19,562 bases of DNA, taken from contig CP070761.1 in NCBI GenBank assembly GCA_020348985.1, forward strand, positions 1,631,565-1,651,126, in the 5' to 3' direction. A program made the translations under genes and the position numbers. The notes under the pieces were generated by a model. The model did not search any database, was not told the origin of the DNA, and was given only the letters and a program-made list of their open reading frames with translations. This document shows, piece by piece, positions 16,621 through 19,562 of the stretch; the first letter of the stretch is position 1; each line of letters begins with the position of its first letter. The DNA comes from Candidatus Thorarchaeota archaeon (GTDB taxonomy: Archaea > Asgardarchaeota > Thorarchaeia > Thorarchaeales > Thorarchaeaceae).

Positions 16621-17223
16621 TCACACCCCTGCTGTTTCAGGAGACTTCTCTGTCACAATCATCCAGTCCTGATGCTCTTCCTCTGAGTATGTGTAATTGC
16701 GTAGATACTCTCTTAGCAGGGGCCCAATCGCGATTGTGAAGATGGAGCCCATTATCACTTGAACGGAGTTGATTGTCACAAGCTCAATCAGTGCAACTCC
16801 GAATGGCACACCTAGGACAAAAACCTCACCCAAGAAGTAGCCCGTCAGCATGGCTGCTGAGCCGAAGAGGACACCAATCACGTCCCACCAACTTGCCCTT
16901 TCTCGCAATCTTGTTCTACTACTGAAAAGGCCTACGAAGAAACCTTCGAACCCTTTTGCAAAGAATGTTATCGGCATAAACGCAGGGAAACCGAGAAGAG
17001 CATCTCCCAAAGCCGAACCAGTCCCCCCTGCAATGAAGCCTCCAATGGGTCCTAGAAGTAGACCACTTAGCATCACAAATGTGTCTCCGAGATTGAAGTA
17101 TCCTTGCGTTGAAGGAAATGGCACAACGAAGACAACTGTGGCAATGGTTGAAAGAGATGTAAAGATTGCAACCATTGCGATGAACATTGATCTGTTCGAA
17201 TTCTTGGTTTTGAAAGGCTCCAT
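16621..17223 (-). CDS. ECF transporter S-component, HmpT/PdxU-like
   Basis: AMVAIFTSL (AxxxA-like helix 1), VPFPSTQGYFNLGD, LLGPIGGFIAGGTGSALGD, TFFAKGFEG; about 6 TM. ATG 17223 (TTG 17247 is an alternative). No EcfA/T genes in the window. Substrate is inferred only. Confidence 0.88.
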   Translation of the reverse strand: MEPFKTKNSNRSMFIAMVAIFTSLSTIATVVFVVPFPSTQGYFNLGDTFVMLSGLLLGPIGGFIAGGTGSALGDALLGFPAFMPITFFAKGFEGFFVGLFSSRTRLRERASWWDVIGVLFGSAAMLTGYFLGEVFVLGVPFGVALIELVTINSVQVIMGSIFTIAIGPLLREYLRNYTYSEEEHQDWMIVTEKSPETAGV

Positions 17224-17255
17224 AGTTGATCCACGTGATTCTAGCAAGACATAGG

Positions 17256-17286
17256 AATATATAATAGTGGCCTTATATATAAGCCA
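17256..17286. promoter_or_regulatory. Overlapping divergent TATA promoters with palindrome
   Basis: ATATATAA at 17257-17264 and perfect palindrome CTTATATATAAG at 17272-17283, in a 71-bp divergent gap. Confidence 0.6.
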
Positions 17287-17294
17287 AAACTGTA

Positions 17295-18791
17295 ATGTCT
17301 CATACTCAGGGATTGAAATGCACTCAATGCGGAAAAGAGTTCACCTACCAGTTTCCCATGAATATATGTCCCGAATGTGGAAGTGTCCTCTTTATTCATT
17401 ATGACATTGAGGATGTCAAGAATCATCTCACAGCCCGGAAATTGAGGAACCGAAGACCCGGTGTTTGGAAGTATTCAGAGCTATTACCTGACATAGATGC
17501 GAGTAAAAGAGTCTCATTAGGAGAAGGAGGCACGTATCTTCACAAGTGTGATCGTCTTGCAGCAGAGATTGGGTTGGAGGAGCTCTATCTCAAGGATGAA
17601 ACGACAAATCCGACTGGATCATTTCTTGACCGAGGAATGTCTTTGGAGATTTCCGCTGCAAGACAGTGGGATATAAAGTCAGTTCACAACAGAGGGTTAG
17701 ATGCCGGGAATATGTCGGCATCACTTGTTGCTTATGCCGCCCGTGGAGGTCTTGGGTGCAAGACATTCATCGTGAAGATGGGTGATATCCATTTGGGTAA
17801 ACTACATCAAATCTTGGCTCATGCTTCTGAGATTGAGATTGTTGGTAGCAAAGATGAAGCTCTCAGAAGATCTGAGGAAGAGAGCAGATGGAGTCACTGT
17901 GTCAGGTGCACAAATCCTCATTTTCTTGAAGGTAAGAAGACAACGGTGTTGGAGATCTACGAACAGCTGAATTGGGACCGTCCCGACTGGATTGTTGCAC
18001 CAATGGGAACAGGCGGGAATGTTTCCGCTATTTGGAAAGGGATTCGTGAGCTAGAATCAGTTGGACTCATCGACACAACACGCCCTCACATTGTAGGTGC
18101 CCAAGCCGCATGCTGTGCTCCCATAGTGAATGCCTATGAAGAGATATCGGGAAAAGTCAATCCTTCCGGCGCCAAAACAACTGTAGCACTTCCGATAGCG
18201 ATATCGAATCCGCTTTGTGAAAAGACCGCTCTCGAGGTGATTCTGCAGTCAAACGGCTTGGGCATGAGAGTCACTGATAAAGAAATCCTGAACGCAGTCA
18301 TGCTTTTGTCCAGACTTGAGGGCGTCTACGCCGAGCCAGCATCTGCAACAACTATAGCAGTTCTTCAAAAGCTAGTAAAATCTGGTAGAATTCAAAGGGA
18401 CGAGAGAGTCGTCTGCATAATCACTGGTACGGGGCTGAAGTATCCTGAATTTGCAAAGACTCTGGTTGAGAGGAATGACGAGCTCGAGCAGCTATTGACG
18501 GAGATGGAGCGCAGGAAAGTTACTACCCAACTAGGTCAAACGAAAATCCAAATCTTACGAATTCTAGCTGAAGGAGAAACGTACGGGTATGAGATATGGA
18601 AGAAACTTGGAGAAGTCGCTGGAATAAGCGTGAAGGTGCCCGGTGTATATCAACATCTATCAGACTTGGTAAATAACGGACTAGTCATCAAAACAAAGAC
18701 AATTCAGGTCCTCAAGAGGATGAGAACTTACTACGGAATCTCAGAAAAGGGGAGATATACAGTCACCCAGCTAGACAAACTCGATCGATGA
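17295..18791 (+). CDS. Threonine-synthase-like (fold-type II PLP) protein lacking the catalytic Lys, with N-terminal Zn ribbon and C-terminal PadR-type wHTH; probable regulator
   Basis: CTQC/CPEC; VSLGEGGT; LKDETTNPTGSFLDRG; EGKKT; PMGTGGN; EPASA; ITGTGLK. C-term TKIQILRILAEGETYGYEIWKKL...VYQHLSDLVNNGLV...RTYYGISEKGR. Confidence 0.88.
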   Translation: MSHTQGLKCTQCGKEFTYQFPMNICPECGSVLFIHYDIEDVKNHLTARKLRNRRPGVWKYSELLPDIDASKRVSLGEGGTYLHKCDRLAAEIGLEELYLKDETTNPTGSFLDRGMSLEISAARQWDIKSVHNRGLDAGNMSASLVAYAARGGLGCKTFIVKMGDIHLGKLHQILAHASEIEIVGSKDEALRRSEEESRWSHCVRCTNPHFLEGKKTTVLEIYEQLNWDRPDWIVAPMGTGGNVSAIWKGIRELESVGLIDTTRPHIVGAQAACCAPIVNAYEEISGKVNPSGAKTTVALPIAISNPLCEKTALEVILQSNGLGMRVTDKEILNAVMLLSRLEGVYAEPASATTIAVLQKLVKSGRIQRDERVVCIITGTGLKYPEFAKTLVERNDELEQLLTEMERRKVTTQLGQTKIQILRILAEGETYGYEIWKKLGEVAGISVKVPGVYQHLSDLVNNGLVIKTKTIQVLKRMRTYYGISEKGRYTVTQLDKLDR

Positions 18792-18800
18792 ACCCAGAAC

Positions 18801-19301
18801 TCACATCTGCTCGATACTGCCACCTGAAGCAATCGTGGTTCGACCTCCGTTTCTGATAGGAAGATGCATTAGAGATTCCGATGTAGTGAACCCGCAGGAT
18901 GTGTATAGCCGTCGACTCACCTCGGACGCATGAAGAATAGCTACTCCTACTCTTTCTGACATACAGACGCCGACCACGTGGTTTAGAAGTTCTCTTCCAA
19001 CTCCATTTCTTCTGTCTTTGGGCTCAACGTACATATTGAATATGTAGGCCATCAGGCCTGTACGTTGCCTTGTGAGGGGAGGAATCCTGAAAACACTAAG
19101 ACCACACCCTCCTATGACATCTCCGTCTCTTTCAGCAAGGAAGTAACGAAAGTCGTCTGTCCAATTCATTGTGAGATAACGCTTGGTCAATGCATCGGTT
19201 TCATCGATGACCTCCTCCGAAGCACCCGAATCACGGAACAAGCCAAGGCGATGATGAAGGATCCACTCAGCATCTGTTCTTGCTGCATCCCGGATATTCA
19301 T
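18801..19301 (-). CDS. GNAT family N-acetyltransferase (paralogue of 15241-15732)
   Basis: NMYVEPKDRRNGVGRELL, LYTSCGF. Start set at MNIRDA (19301) by alignment with the paralogue MKIRLA and an AT-rich TATA-like element at about 19318-19333. Confidence 0.9.
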   Translation of the reverse strand: MNIRDAARTDAEWILHHRLGLFRDSGASEEVIDETDALTKRYLTMNWTDDFRYFLAERDGDVIGGCGLSVFRIPPLTRQRTGLMAYIFNMYVEPKDRRNGVGRELLNHVVGVCMSERVGVAILHASEVSRRLYTSCGFTTSESLMHLPIRNGGRTTIASGGSIEQM

Positions 19302-19410
19302 TTCACATGTTTTAGTCTTAATATTGATAAAAGAGCCTAGCAGCAATCCTGCATACACTTGGCCTGGGCAGATTTCTTCCGTCAACCTCGTTATGTCAGA
19401 GTCTGACCAA

Positions 19411-19560
19411 TTACACAACGGTGTAACCTGAAGGTACACTTCCGTCATGTTGCTCATTTGCTGCATCGTGTACATCGAGAGAATCCTTTACTCTATACCT
19501 GTCTGCATCCTCGAAGAAATCGACAAGTCGAGTGAAGGTCTTGATTTCGGCGCCATGCAT
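19411..19560 (-). CDS. Probable 3' end of a gene entering from beyond the window
   Basis: Open frame from the window edge: ...HGAEIKTFTRLVDFFEDADRYRVKDSLDVHDAANEQHDGSVPSGYTVV*; no family recognised. Confidence 0.4.
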   Translation of the reverse strand: MHGAEIKTFTRLVDFFEDADRYRVKDSLDVHDAANEQHDGSVPSGYTVV

Positions 19561-19562
19561 GA

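Noticed and set aside
17295-18791. Annotation as a functional threonine synthase (thrC)
   Set aside because: The Schiff-base Lys is Leu and a PadR domain is fused; gene symbol withheld.
854-19340. Numerous short alternative-frame and antisense ORFs (e.g. 2067-2483, 9350-9832, 12833-13120, 12991-13230, 15773-16312)
   Set aside because: They overlap well-supported genes and have no motifs; shadow ORFs.
1-19562. CRISPR array, transposase/integrase, rRNA
   Set aside because: No regularly spaced repeats, recombinase/DDE motifs or rRNA-like sequence were seen.

Overview
Archaeal chromosomal window, most likely from an Asgard archaeon (Thorarchaeia-like). This is an inference from the Rab-like small GTPase, archaeal TATA-type promoters, C-terminally anchored acidic surface proteins and a tandem Lrp-type regulator. 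Left half: PD-(D/E)XK-like protein, MBL-fold hydrolase, DHA2 MFS transporter, HtpX/M48 protease with an EF-hand loop, Rab-like GTPase, thioredoxin-family protein, membrane proteins and two surface proteins. Middle: long, hairpin-rich intergenic regions and a 54-aa rubredoxin missed by the ORF track. Right end (about 15.2-19.3 kb) is the best candidate for an undescribed system. A threonine-synthase-fold protein that has lost its PLP Schiff-base lysine (SFKDR->SFLDR) and is fused to a PadR-type wHTH is transcribed divergently from an HmpT/PdxU-like ECF S-component. The S-component is followed by a second PadR fused to a degenerate methyltransferase fold, and two paralogous GNATs bracket the unit. 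My hypothesis is a pseudoenzyme-based cofactor (vitamin B6/PLP, possibly SAM) sensing regulon. No rRNA, tRNA, CRISPR or transposase was recognised. All family calls come from motif recognition by eye, not database searches.
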